Origin: Oscillospiraceae bacterium
GTDB lineage: Bacteria > Bacillota > Clostridia > Oscillospirales > CAG-272
Reading direction: 5' to 3'
NCBI GenBank assembly: GCA_015063895.1
Contig: SVTG01000005.1
Span: 7,974 to 71,973 of the forward strand
Length of the DNA: 64,000 nt
Below the pieces are notes generated by a model. That model made no database searches and had not been told where the DNA came from. It worked only from the letters and a program-made list of their open reading frames with translations. Shown piece by piece: positions 54,402-62,881 of the stretch; the stretch's first letter is position 1, and each line of letters starts with the position of its first letter. The position numbers and the translations under genes were made by a program.

Positions 54402-55780
54402 CAGCGACCTCCTACCGTAATTTTCTTGACACGAATGAGGGGCTGCCCCACGTCGGTCGGTACGCTGCCGCTTGACGAGCCGCAAACGCCCTGCCCTGTT
54501 TTAAGGTTCTGACCCACCATATCAATATCCTGCAGGATATCCGCACCCGTGCCGATCAGCGCGGCGCCGCGCACAGGCTCGCAGATCTTACCGTTTCGCA
54601 CGATATAGCCTTCCTTGACGGCAAAGTTAAACTCACCCGTCAAGGGATTGACAGACCCGCCGCCCATTTCCTTAGCGTAAAGGCCGTATTCCATAGAAGC
54701 GATAATATCCTCGTTTTTATCAGGGCCGTTGGAAATAAAGGTATTCGTCATACGCGAGGTCGGCTCAAAGGTATAGTCCTGACGGCGGCCGCACCCCGTC
54801 ATCGGAAGCCCCAGGCGTCTCGCGCCCAGTCGGTCAACCATATAATTTTTAAGGATACCGTTTTCAATCAGAACGTTCTTGGTAGCGGGCTGACCCTCGT
54901 CATCTATATTATACGAGCCCCAGCCGCCCACGATCGTGCCGTCGTCAATGGCGGTCACCTTGGCATTGGCAATTTGCTGCCCGAGCTTACCCGCCATTTG
55001 CGACGCGCCGATACCAACGGAGGTCGCCTCCAGCGAATGACCGCAGGCCTCATGGAAAATAACGCCACCAAAGCCGTTTTCAATCGCCACCGTCATCGTG
55101 CCCGCCGGACAATAGGCAGCGGTAAGATTGGTGATCGCCTGGTGCGCCGCGCGCACACCGATGGATCGCGGCGACACAGACTCAAAAAGCTCAATACCGA
55201 CACCGCCACCGGGACCGTAAAAGCCCGATTGGTTTTCCCCTGCCGCACTCGCGACCGCAGAAACGGCAATACGCGTGCGGATCTTGCGATCCTCGCGGCA
55301 AAGCCCCTCGGTATTGGCCACAAGAATCGCGCGGTCCGAATCCGAAAAGGCGCCCTTTACCTGAGAAATGCGCGCATCGGCTTCGGTAGCGGCCATACAG
55401 GCCTCACGCAGCAGGTCGCTTTTTTCTCGCGTTTGCACGTCATCGGGATAGTGCTTCACGGTATGGCGGTTGGCGATCGCCTCGGGCGTGAGATCAAAGA
55501 CGGCGTGGCCGCTGCCCTCTCCCACGGCTCCTGCCACCGCGGCAGCACAGGCAAGAAGTCCGTCGCGCGTGGTGTTACTGGTAGAGGCGTAATAGGTTTT
55601 GGTACCCAGAAATACACGGATACCAACGCCCGAGATCACTTGATCAAGAATCGACTCGACCTTGCCCGATACAAACTGAATACCCGTGGTATGCTCGCGT
55701 TGGGCAAAGACCTCGGCAAAATCACCGCCCGTGCTCATGGCCACCGACAGCAATTCCGATAGTAAGGTTTTTTCAATCAT
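54401..55780 (-). CDS. tldD: TldD/PmbA-family metalloprotease, TldD-type subunit
   Basis: 459 aa. Carries the HEACGHSLE (HExxxH) motif characteristic of TldD. Confidence 0.9.
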   Translation of the reverse strand: MIEKTLLSELLSVAMSTGGDFAEVFAQREHTTGIQFVSGKVESILDQVISGVGIRVFLGTKTYYASTSNTTRDGLLACAAAVAGAVGEGSGHAVFDLTPEAIANRHTVKHYPDDVQTREKSDLLREACMAATEADARISQVKGAFSDSDRAILVANTEGLCREDRKIRTRIAVSAVASAAGENQSGFYGPGGGVGIELFESVSPRSIGVRAAHQAITNLTAAYCPAGTMTVAIENGFGGVIFHEACGHSLEATSVGIGASQMAGKLGQQIANAKVTAIDDGTIVGGWGSYNIDDEGQPATKNVLIENGILKNYMVDRLGARRLGLPMTGCGRRQDYTFEPTSRMTNTFISNGPDKNEDIIASMEYGLYAKEMGGGSVNPLTGEFNFAVKEGYIVRNGKICEPVRGAALIGTGADILQDIDMVGQNLKTGQGVCGSSSGSVPTDVGQPLIRVKKITVGGR

Positions 55781-55831
55781 AGATAACTCCTTTAAAAGAG
55801 ATCATTCCATTATAGCCGCAAAAAAGCGAAA

Positions 55832-56974
55832 TTAGTCGGGATGACGCTCGCCGAGCACGGTGCGGTATTTCTGATAAAAGCTTTCAAAATAGCCACCGTC
55901 GAGCGCATCGCGGATCTTTTGCGTCAGATCGTTATAGAAATAAAGGTTGTGGGTGACCGCCAGGCGCATACCAAGCGATTCCTTTGCCTTTAAGAGATGG
56001 CGAATGTAGGCGCGCGAATAATGACGGCAGGTGGGACATTGGCAGCCCTCGTCGATCGGGCGATCATCGCGTGCATATTTTTCATTCATCAGCGTGATCT
56101 TACCGTGCCAGGTAAACAGGCTTCCGTGCCGCGCGTTGCGTGAGGGCATCACACAGTCAAAGAAATCTACGCCGCGGTGCACTGCCTCCAAGATATTACA
56201 GGGCGTGCCCACGCCCATCAGATAGCGCGGCTTATTTTCGGGCATATGCGGCTCAACCACTTCAATGATGCGATACATTTCCTCGGTCTCCTCGCCAACG
56301 GCAAGACCGCCGATGGCATAGCCGTCAAGATCAAGGTCGGCGATCTGCTTCATGTGCTCGATACGCAGATCCTCATACGTGCCGCCCTGATTGATGCCGA
56401 AAAGCATCTGATGCTTGTTAATGGTGTCAGGCAGGCTGTTGAGGCGTGCCATTTCGTTCTTGCAGCGCACCAGCCAGCGATAAGTACGGGCAATGGATTT
56501 TTTAACGTACTCGTAAGGGGCAGGATTTTCAATACACTCGTCAAAAGCCATCGCAATGGTAGAAGCGAGGTTTGACTGGATCTGCATACTCTCCTCAGGG
56601 CCCATAAAAATACGCTTGCCGTCAACGTGCGAGGCGAAGTTTACACCCTCCTCGGTAATTTTACGCAGCTGGGCAAGAGAAAACACCTGAAAGCCGCCGC
56701 TATCGGTAAGGATCGGCCTCCTCCAATTCATAAATTTGTGAAGTCCGCCCATATCGCGAATGAGCCCATCACCGGGACGGACGTGCAGGTGGTAGGTGTT
56801 GGAAAGCTCAACCTGACAGTTGATTTGCTCCAGCTCCACGGTAGACACACCGCCCTTGATGGCGGCACAGGTACCGACGTTCATAAACACGGGCGTTTGA
56901 ATATCCCCGTGTACGGTATGTAACACACCGCGGCGTGCACGCCCATCGCGTGCAAGCAGTTCGTAATTAGACAT
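55832..56974 (-). CDS. tgt: Queuine tRNA-ribosyltransferase (tRNA-guanine transglycosylase)
   Basis: Lies within ORF 55832-57109. ATG 56974 is preceded by GAAAGGA. Motifs: TPVFMNVGT, LTDSGGFQVFSL, Zn site CQCPTCRHYSRAYIRHL. Confidence 0.95.
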   Translation of the reverse strand: MSNYELLARDGRARRGVLHTVHGDIQTPVFMNVGTCAAIKGGVSTVELEQINCQVELSNTYHLHVRPGDGLIRDMGGLHKFMNWRRPILTDSGGFQVFSLAQLRKITEEGVNFASHVDGKRIFMGPEESMQIQSNLASTIAMAFDECIENPAPYEYVKKSIARTYRWLVRCKNEMARLNSLPDTINKHQMLFGINQGGTYEDLRIEHMKQIADLDLDGYAIGGLAVGEETEEMYRIIEVVEPHMPENKPRYLMGVGTPCNILEAVHRGVDFFDCVMPSRNARHGSLFTWHGKITLMNEKYARDDRPIDEGCQCPTCRHYSRAYIRHLLKAKESLGMRLAVTHNLYFYNDLTQKIRDALDGGYFESFYQKYRTVLGERHPD

Positions 56975-57050
56975 AAAATTTCCTTTCGTAGCCAAAAGTA
57001 CAGTTTGGCACATCATTTTAAATCCACTCGCCAAGAGGCGGAGAATGATA

Positions 57051-57167
57051 AGCCTTCTCCTTGAGGAGAAGGGGGACCGCTTGCGGTGGATGAGGTGTAG
57101 GATATACACCTTGGCAGCTACACCTCATCAGTCGCTTCCAGCGACAGCTTCCCCTCAAGGGGAAGCC
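57051..57167. repeat. Inverted pair of ~50-nt palindromic (REP/MITE-like) elements
   Basis: The plus strand at 57118-57167 reads ctacacctcatc-agtcgcttccagcgac-agcttcccctcaaggggaagcc. The reverse complement of 57051-57100 reads ctacacctcatc-caccgcaagcggt-cccccttctcctcaaggagaaggct. The 12-nt termini are identical, and each copy carries two internal hairpins. Confidence 0.85.
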
Positions 57168-57510
57168 TTTTTAAAACATCGTGACACACCGCATCAAATC
57201 TGCGACATATGTCAAGATTAGAGTAACGCACAACGGTTAAACCCAGACTCTTCAAATAAGAATCCCGCATTGCATCGGATCGCTTTCCCTGTAGCTCGTA
57301 GTGCTGTGAACCATCCAGCTCTATAACCAATTTTGCGTCAGCACAGTAAAAATCCACGATATAATCCCCTATCACCTTTTGGCGATGAATGGTAACGGGT
57401 AACTTTTTCAGGAAATCATACCAAAAGTGCTTTTCTTCCTTGGTCATATTTTTTCGAAGTATTTTGGCGATCCCCGTCAGCTTAGAATTGTTTATGCTAT
57501 TCATTTTCAT
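57118..57510 (-). CDS. DUF559 (Vsr/restriction-endonuclease-like fold) domain protein, low-GC gene
   Basis: LRKNMTKEEKHFWYDFLKKL...HRQKVIGDYIVDFYCADAKLVIELDGSQH is the DUF559 core. The last ~16 codons and the stop lie inside the repeat element. No convincing RBS is present. Confidence 0.8.
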   Translation of the reverse strand: MKMNSINNSKLTGIAKILRKNMTKEEKHFWYDFLKKLPVTIHRQKVIGDYIVDFYCADAKLVIELDGSQHYELQGKRSDAMRDSYLKSLGLTVVRYSNLDICRRFDAVCHDVLKRLPLEGKLSLEATDEV

Positions 57511-57544
57511 TTTTTGGTTAGCGATCCATATCGGTACATATAAC

Positions 57545-57885
57545 GTACGGCGAGATCGGTTTTGCGGAGCAACGCCGCACGGCGCCGCTTATCTCTTGAA
57601 TATACGGTTGCTTCATTCAAGATAGAAGCAAGTCGGGCAAGGCGCACCGTAAAAAAGCGGGCGATGCCGTACTAGTGTACGGCGAGATCGGTTTTGCGGA
57701 GCAACGCCGCACGGCGCCACTTATCTCTTGAATTGGTGGTTGATACGGTTGCTTCATTCAAGATAGAAGCAAGTCGGGCAAGGCGCACCGTAAAAAAGCG
57801 GGCGAAGCCGTACTGGCGTACGGCGAGATCGGTTTTGCGGAGCAACGCCGCACGGCGCCGCTTATCTCTTGAATTGGTGGTTGAT
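57545..57885. repeat. Tandem repeat, 2.5 copies of a 132-141-nt unit
   Basis: Copies: 57545-57676 (132 nt, with a 9-nt deletion), 57677-57817 (141 nt) and 57818-57885 (68 nt, partial). There are 4 substitutions between copies 1 and 2. Copy 3 runs into the mutL 3' end. Confidence 0.97.
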
Positions 57886-59838
57886 GTTCGCATGCGTCAA
57901 TACCATCGCCACAGGACGCCCGTGCGGACAAACCGTGATATCGGGCAGCGCCATCAGGCGCTCAACCAACCATTTGACGTATTCGGGCGGATATTCGCGC
58001 CCTGCCTTGATGGCAGCCTTGCAGGCACCCTGATACAGTGCCCTTTCAAAGATAATATCGCGCGAAAGTGCGGCATTTCCCGTACCCTCGGCCAGGGTAT
58101 GCGGCAAGGCAAGCAACAGCTCCCCTGCCTCGGCAGGCTTCAGTCCCTCGGGGATCTCGTGCACCGATACGCTATGGTCACCCACGGTAAAGGCAAAGCC
58201 GATGGCGGCAATCTCCGCACGGTAAGCCTCCAGCAGGGCGGCATCCTCGGAGCTCAGCGTCAGCGTCAGGGGCAGCAGCAGTATTTGCGATGCGTCCTCA
58301 CGCGTTTGCAGCTTGGCACGCAGCTCCTCAAAAAGCACACGCTCGTGTGCGGCGTGCTTATCGATCAACAAAAGCTTGTCGTCACACTCAACGATCACGT
58401 AAGCGTGAAACGCCTCGCCGATGATGCGCCACACGGGGGTCGTTTGCAGCGGCGCGTCAGCCTGCGGTGCAGCCTGGTCGACAACAGGAGTGGCAGGTAT
58501 CGGAGCAGTCTGCGGCACTGCTTCGCGAGCACTTGCGGGTGCGGCAGATGCTTTTTCCTTTGTCGCTGGCACCTCAGCAGCCTCCTTAGTGCGGTAAGAA
58601 ATGGGGGCGGCCACGCGTGTTGGCGACGATGAAAAGCCACCCGCATATTTTTTGGCATAGTCGGCAGCACTCATGCGCGCAAAGGCAGAAGTGGGTTGCG
58701 CTTGTGCCGCTTGCGATGTCGGCGCTTGTGTCACGTGGTTAATGGAGATCTGCCTTGCGGCAAGCCCCTCACGCTTTCCCTCCTCAATCGGCACAAAAGC
58801 GTTGACGGGTGAGGGCGCGGACTTTGACAAACGAATATCAGGGCGCGTGTCATCTGCCTCAAGAGCGGTGCGCACTGCCGCATACACGGCCTCAAAGACA
58901 GGACGCTCGTTTGAAAACTTGACTTCAAGCTTTGCAGGGTGAACGTTTACATCCACCGCGGCAGGATTGACGGTAATATTCAAAACACAGCAAGGAAACC
59001 GCTCGGGCGGACAAAACGACACGTAAGCCTGCTCAAGCGCTGCGGCGGCCGTACGGCAATTCACGTAACGGCCGTTGATGAAAAAGTTTTCATAATTGCG
59101 CTTGGGGCGCACGTGATCGGGGCGACTGATAAAGCCTTTCACGGCAACGCCCTCACCGCCACCCTCAACAGGCAGCATACGGCTGACAAAATCACGCCCG
59201 AAAACGGCATACATGGCCGATTTCAGCTCCCCGTCGCCTGCGGTATCCAGCTTCATATTGCCGTCAATGATCAAGCGTATGGCAATATCGGGGCGCGAGA
59301 GCGCAATTTTTTCAACGTAGGTGGAAACGGCAATCGCCTCAGACACGTCCTTTTTTAAGAACTTGCGGCGTGCGGGCACGTTGCCAAAGAGATTTTCAAC
59401 GATCACAGTGGTGCCGACAGGGGCACCCTGCTCGGATATTTCCAAAACCTCGCCCGCCTTGGCAGTAAGACACGTGCCGTATGCGGCGTCGGCGGTGCGT
59501 GTGATAATACGCAGATCGCTGACCGACGCAATGGCGGCCAGCGCCTCACCGCGGAAGCCAAGTGTGGCAATACCGTCAAGATCGGCGGCGGTTTTGATCT
59601 TACTGGTGGCATGGCGGCGAATGGCAACGGGAAGATCCTCACTTGACATGCCGCACCCGTTATCCGCTACGCGCATAAAGGTAACGCCACCCTGCTGAAT
59701 CTCCACCGTGACGCGTGTAGCACCTGCATCAATGGCGTTTTCAAGCAGCTCTTTAATAACCGACGCAGGGCGGTCAACTACCTCGCCTGCGGCGATCAGG
59801 TTGGCCACGGCAAAGGATAATACGTTAATGTTTCCCAT
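57862..59838 (-). CDS. mutL: DNA mismatch repair endonuclease MutL
   Basis: GHKL ATPase N-terminus (IAAGEVVDRPASVIKELLENAIDAGA) and the endonuclease motif DKHAAHERVLFEEL in the C-terminal domain. Confidence 0.97.
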   Translation of the reverse strand: MGNINVLSFAVANLIAAGEVVDRPASVIKELLENAIDAGATRVTVEIQQGGVTFMRVADNGCGMSSEDLPVAIRRHATSKIKTAADLDGIATLGFRGEALAAIASVSDLRIITRTADAAYGTCLTAKAGEVLEISEQGAPVGTTVIVENLFGNVPARRKFLKKDVSEAIAVSTYVEKIALSRPDIAIRLIIDGNMKLDTAGDGELKSAMYAVFGRDFVSRMLPVEGGGEGVAVKGFISRPDHVRPKRNYENFFINGRYVNCRTAAAALEQAYVSFCPPERFPCCVLNITVNPAAVDVNVHPAKLEVKFSNERPVFEAVYAAVRTALEADDTRPDIRLSKSAPSPVNAFVPIEEGKREGLAARQISINHVTQAPTSQAAQAQPTSAFARMSAADYAKKYAGGFSSSPTRVAAPISYRTKEAAEVPATKEKASAAPASAREAVPQTAPIPATPVVDQAAPQADAPLQTTPVWRIIGEAFHAYVIVECDDKLLLIDKHAAHERVLFEELRAKLQTREDASQILLLPLTLTLSSEDAALLEAYRAEIAAIGFAFTVGDHSVSVHEIPEGLKPAEAGELLLALPHTLAEGTGNAALSRDIIFERALYQGACKAAIKAGREYPPEYVKWLVERLMALPDITVCPHGRPVAMVLTHANINHQFKR

Positions 59839-59849
59839 ACGATCCCCCC

Positions 59850-62438
59850 TTATTGCAAACGCTTTTTGAGGTCAAACAGGAACGTCATTGCCTCATAAGG
59901 AGAAAGGGTGTTGATATCGGTATTACGCAGCTCCTCTATCACAGCATCGTTGATACAATCCTCCATCGTGATGAGACTGTCGTCAACGGGCTTTATCTTA
60001 TCGGCATCGGGAGCGCGCAGCTCACGTGCGGTGCTTTCAACGGCCGCCAATACCTCCTTGGCGCGGCGAATGACGTCATTCGGGAGCCCTGCCAGCTTAG
60101 CGACCTCAATACCGTAGCTATCATCGGTGGAGCCGCGCACGATCTTGCGCAAAAAGGTAATGTTATCACCGCGCTTTTTGGCGGCAATATTATAATTCAC
60201 CACACCGTCAAGCTCGGCCTCAAGCGAGGTCAGCTCGTGATAGTGCGTCGCAAACAGCGTTTTGGCACCGATCTTGCGGCTGTTGGTGTATTCTACGATC
60301 GCGCGTGCAATGCTCATACCGTCAAAGGTGCTGGTACCGCGCCCGACCTCGTCATAAATGATCAGGCTCTTGCGCGTGGCGTTTTTCAGAATATACGCCA
60401 CCTCGTTCATTTCCAGCATAAAGGTGGATTGCCCCGAGGCAAGATCATCGGAGGCACCGACACGGGTAAAGAGCTTATCTACCACGCCGATACGTGCCTC
60501 GGCGGCAGGCACGAAGGAGCCGATCTGTGCCATCAGTACGATCAGCGCCACCTGACGCATATAGGTGGATTTGCCCGCCATATTGGGACCCGTGATCAGC
60601 ATCACACGGTTAGCGCCCGTATCAAGATGCGCATCATTGGGTACAAAATAAGTATCCTTTACAAACTGCTCAACCACGGGGTGACGACCGTCCTTGATAT
60701 AGACGGTATCCCCTGCATCGACCTCAGGACAGACATATTTGTTTTTCGCGGCAACGACGGCAAGAGAGAGATATACGTCAAGCTCGGCAAGGCAGGTGGC
60801 CACCTGCTGAATGCGCTCGCCTGCGGCGGCAACCTGCCCGCGCACGTCCTGAAAGATCTCGTATTCAAGGGCGTGATCCTTATCGGCGGCACCGAGAATG
60901 GTAGCCTCCATATTTTTGAGCTCATCGGTGATATAGCGCTCACCGTTGGTAAGCGTTTGCTTTCTGATATACGTATCGGGCACTTGATCCACAAAGGATT
61001 TTGACACCTCAATATAGTAACCGAAGACCTTATTATAGCCGATCTTCAGGGTGCGTATGCCTGTCTTCTCGCGCTCCGTGGCCACGACCTGCTCGATCCA
61101 GGATTTGCCGTCACGCATCACCGAGCGCAAATAGTCGACGTCGGCGCTGTATCCCTCACGAATGAGGCCCCCCTCGCGCACGATGAAGGGCGGATTTTCA
61201 TCAATAGCGGCGTCTATGAGATCGTGCACGTCCTGCAGATCGTCAAGATCGGCAGCGATACGCATCAGCTCCCTATCGTGACAATTTGCAAGCAAAGCAC
61301 GCACGGCGGGCAGCACCGCCACCGTAGAGCAAACGGCACGCAGATCCTTTGCGTTGGCTGTACCGTAGATGATACGGGTGATCAGACGCTCAAGGTCAAG
61401 CACCGAGGATAGCAGCTCACCCAGCTCCTCACGCAGCATATAGCTGCCAAAAAGCTCGGCAACGGCGCCCTGACGCTTCACGATCTCACAGGTAGAAAGG
61501 AGCGGATGCTCGATATACGAGCGCAGCAAGCGTGCGCCGGGGGCTGTTTTGGTGCGGTCAAGTACCCACAAAAGCGTTCCCTTCTTTTCCTTCTGACGCA
61601 TCGTTTCGGTCAATTCGAGATTGCGGCGCGTGTTGATATCCATATCCATATACTGCCCATCGCTGTAAACGTGCAGGGACTTGAGATAGGAAATATCGCC
61701 GCGCTGCATATCGGCAATATAATCAAGCAAGGCACCGACAGCCGACACAGCGGCACGGGAGCTTTCCAGCTCGTTTGGCAAAACACCGAACTGCGCGCCT
61801 GCGCGCGAGCGCGCGGCGTCAAACGGGAAGCGGTCAGCCTCGCCTGCCACCAGCATCGCACCCACACGTGCGGTGATAAACTCGGCAATTTCGGCAAAAG
61901 CACTGCGCGGCAGGTCAGTGATGACCTCGCGCGGCTGATAGGTGCCCAGCTCACTTTGCAGACGGGCCAGCTTATTCTCGCCCGAAATTTCAGTAACAAA
62001 CACCTCTGCCGTTGACACGTCGGCAAAGGCAAGGCCCCAAGCGGCCTCCCCTAAGCAAAGAGCGGCCACGTAATTGTTTTTCTGCTCGGAGAGCATCGAG
62101 GGCTCCAGCAGCGTGCCGGGCGTAATGATGCGTACGATATCGCGCTTGACAAGCCCCTTGGCCTTGGCGGGGTCCTCCATTTGCTCACAAATGGCAACCT
62201 TATAGCCCTTTTCTATCAGCCTGGCGATATAGCTTTCGGCACTGTGAAAGGGCACGCCACACATGGGGGCGCGCTCGGCCTCGCCGCAATCTCTGCCCGT
62301 CAAGGTCAATTCAAGCTCCCGCGAGGCAGTTTTGGCATCGTCAAAAAACATCTCGTAAAAATCACCGAGGCGATAAAATACCAGATAGTCCTTGTACTGA
62401 TTTTTAATTTCAAAATACTGTTCCATCATGGGTGTCAT
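59850..62438 (-). CDS. mutS: DNA mismatch repair protein MutS
   Basis: MTPMMEQYFEIK..., mismatch-binding GDFYEMF, Walker A GPNMAGKST. Confidence 0.97.
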   Translation of the reverse strand: MTPMMEQYFEIKNQYKDYLVFYRLGDFYEMFFDDAKTASRELELTLTGRDCGEAERAPMCGVPFHSAESYIARLIEKGYKVAICEQMEDPAKAKGLVKRDIVRIITPGTLLEPSMLSEQKNNYVAALCLGEAAWGLAFADVSTAEVFVTEISGENKLARLQSELGTYQPREVITDLPRSAFAEIAEFITARVGAMLVAGEADRFPFDAARSRAGAQFGVLPNELESSRAAVSAVGALLDYIADMQRGDISYLKSLHVYSDGQYMDMDINTRRNLELTETMRQKEKKGTLLWVLDRTKTAPGARLLRSYIEHPLLSTCEIVKRQGAVAELFGSYMLREELGELLSSVLDLERLITRIIYGTANAKDLRAVCSTVAVLPAVRALLANCHDRELMRIAADLDDLQDVHDLIDAAIDENPPFIVREGGLIREGYSADVDYLRSVMRDGKSWIEQVVATEREKTGIRTLKIGYNKVFGYYIEVSKSFVDQVPDTYIRKQTLTNGERYITDELKNMEATILGAADKDHALEYEIFQDVRGQVAAAGERIQQVATCLAELDVYLSLAVVAAKNKYVCPEVDAGDTVYIKDGRHPVVEQFVKDTYFVPNDAHLDTGANRVMLITGPNMAGKSTYMRQVALIVLMAQIGSFVPAAEARIGVVDKLFTRVGASDDLASGQSTFMLEMNEVAYILKNATRKSLIIYDEVGRGTSTFDGMSIARAIVEYTNSRKIGAKTLFATHYHELTSLEAELDGVVNYNIAAKKRGDNITFLRKIVRGSTDDSYGIEVAKLAGLPNDVIRRAKEVLAAVESTARELRAPDADKIKPVDDSLITMEDCINDAVIEELRNTDINTLSPYEAMTFLFDLKKRLQ

Positions 62439-62482
62439 GGCACAGCTCTCCTTTTTCTTGGGTTTTTAGCGTATCAAACGGC

Positions 62483-62869
62483 TTAGTGGCAGCCGCCGCA
62501 GGTGGAGCAGTCGTGCGTGCAGCCGTTCGGCTCCTCGCCCATCATCTGGGCGTTGATGGTATTGTTGACGCTGTTCATCAGCTCGGTCACCTCGTTCTGG
62601 GCGGCCTCCAGCTCAGTGTAAGCGGGCAGAGCCACGATCTCGTTATAGATCTCCTCTACGCGTGCGTTCAAGCTCTCGATCAGCGCATCGTCACGCTCTT
62701 CCTTTGCGGCCTCCTGCTGCAGCGCCTGCTGCTGTACGGCGTATTCCATTGAAAGGCTCATGATCTTCTCATCGGCCTCGTAAGCAGCACGGGCGGCATC
62801 CAGACGCGCAATACGTGCGTCCTGCTTCAGCTTTTTGCCAAGCTCGGCGGCAAGCTCAAAAATTTCCAT
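62483..62869 (-). CDS. YlbF/YmcA-family protein with a C-terminal CxxxCxxCxxC cluster
   Basis: 128 aa, helical, with a YlbF/YmcA-like pattern. Its position between miaB and mutS matches my recollection of the B. subtilis ymcB(miaB)-ymcA-...-mutS order. The C-terminus reads GCTHDCSTCGGCH. Confidence 0.7.
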   Translation of the reverse strand: MEIFELAAELGKKLKQDARIARLDAARAAYEADEKIMSLSMEYAVQQQALQQEAAKEERDDALIESLNARVEEIYNEIVALPAYTELEAAQNEVTELMNSVNNTINAQMMGEEPNGCTHDCSTCGGCH

Positions 62870-62881
62870 TGTTTTTTCTCC

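Noticed and set aside
57545-57885. A possible CRISPR array, given the regularly repeated sequence.
   Set aside because: The units abut each other with no unique spacers, are 132-141 nt long (far longer than CRISPR repeats), and no cas genes are present. This is a tandem duplication.
57672-58632. ORFs 57672-57893 (-) and 57694-58632 (+) with internally repeated peptide sequence (…TNSRDKRRRAALLRKTDLAV…).
   Set aside because: The internal peptide repeats are simply the translated tandem DNA repeat. The plus-strand ORF continues as an antisense shadow of mutL. Neither has an RBS or a family signature.
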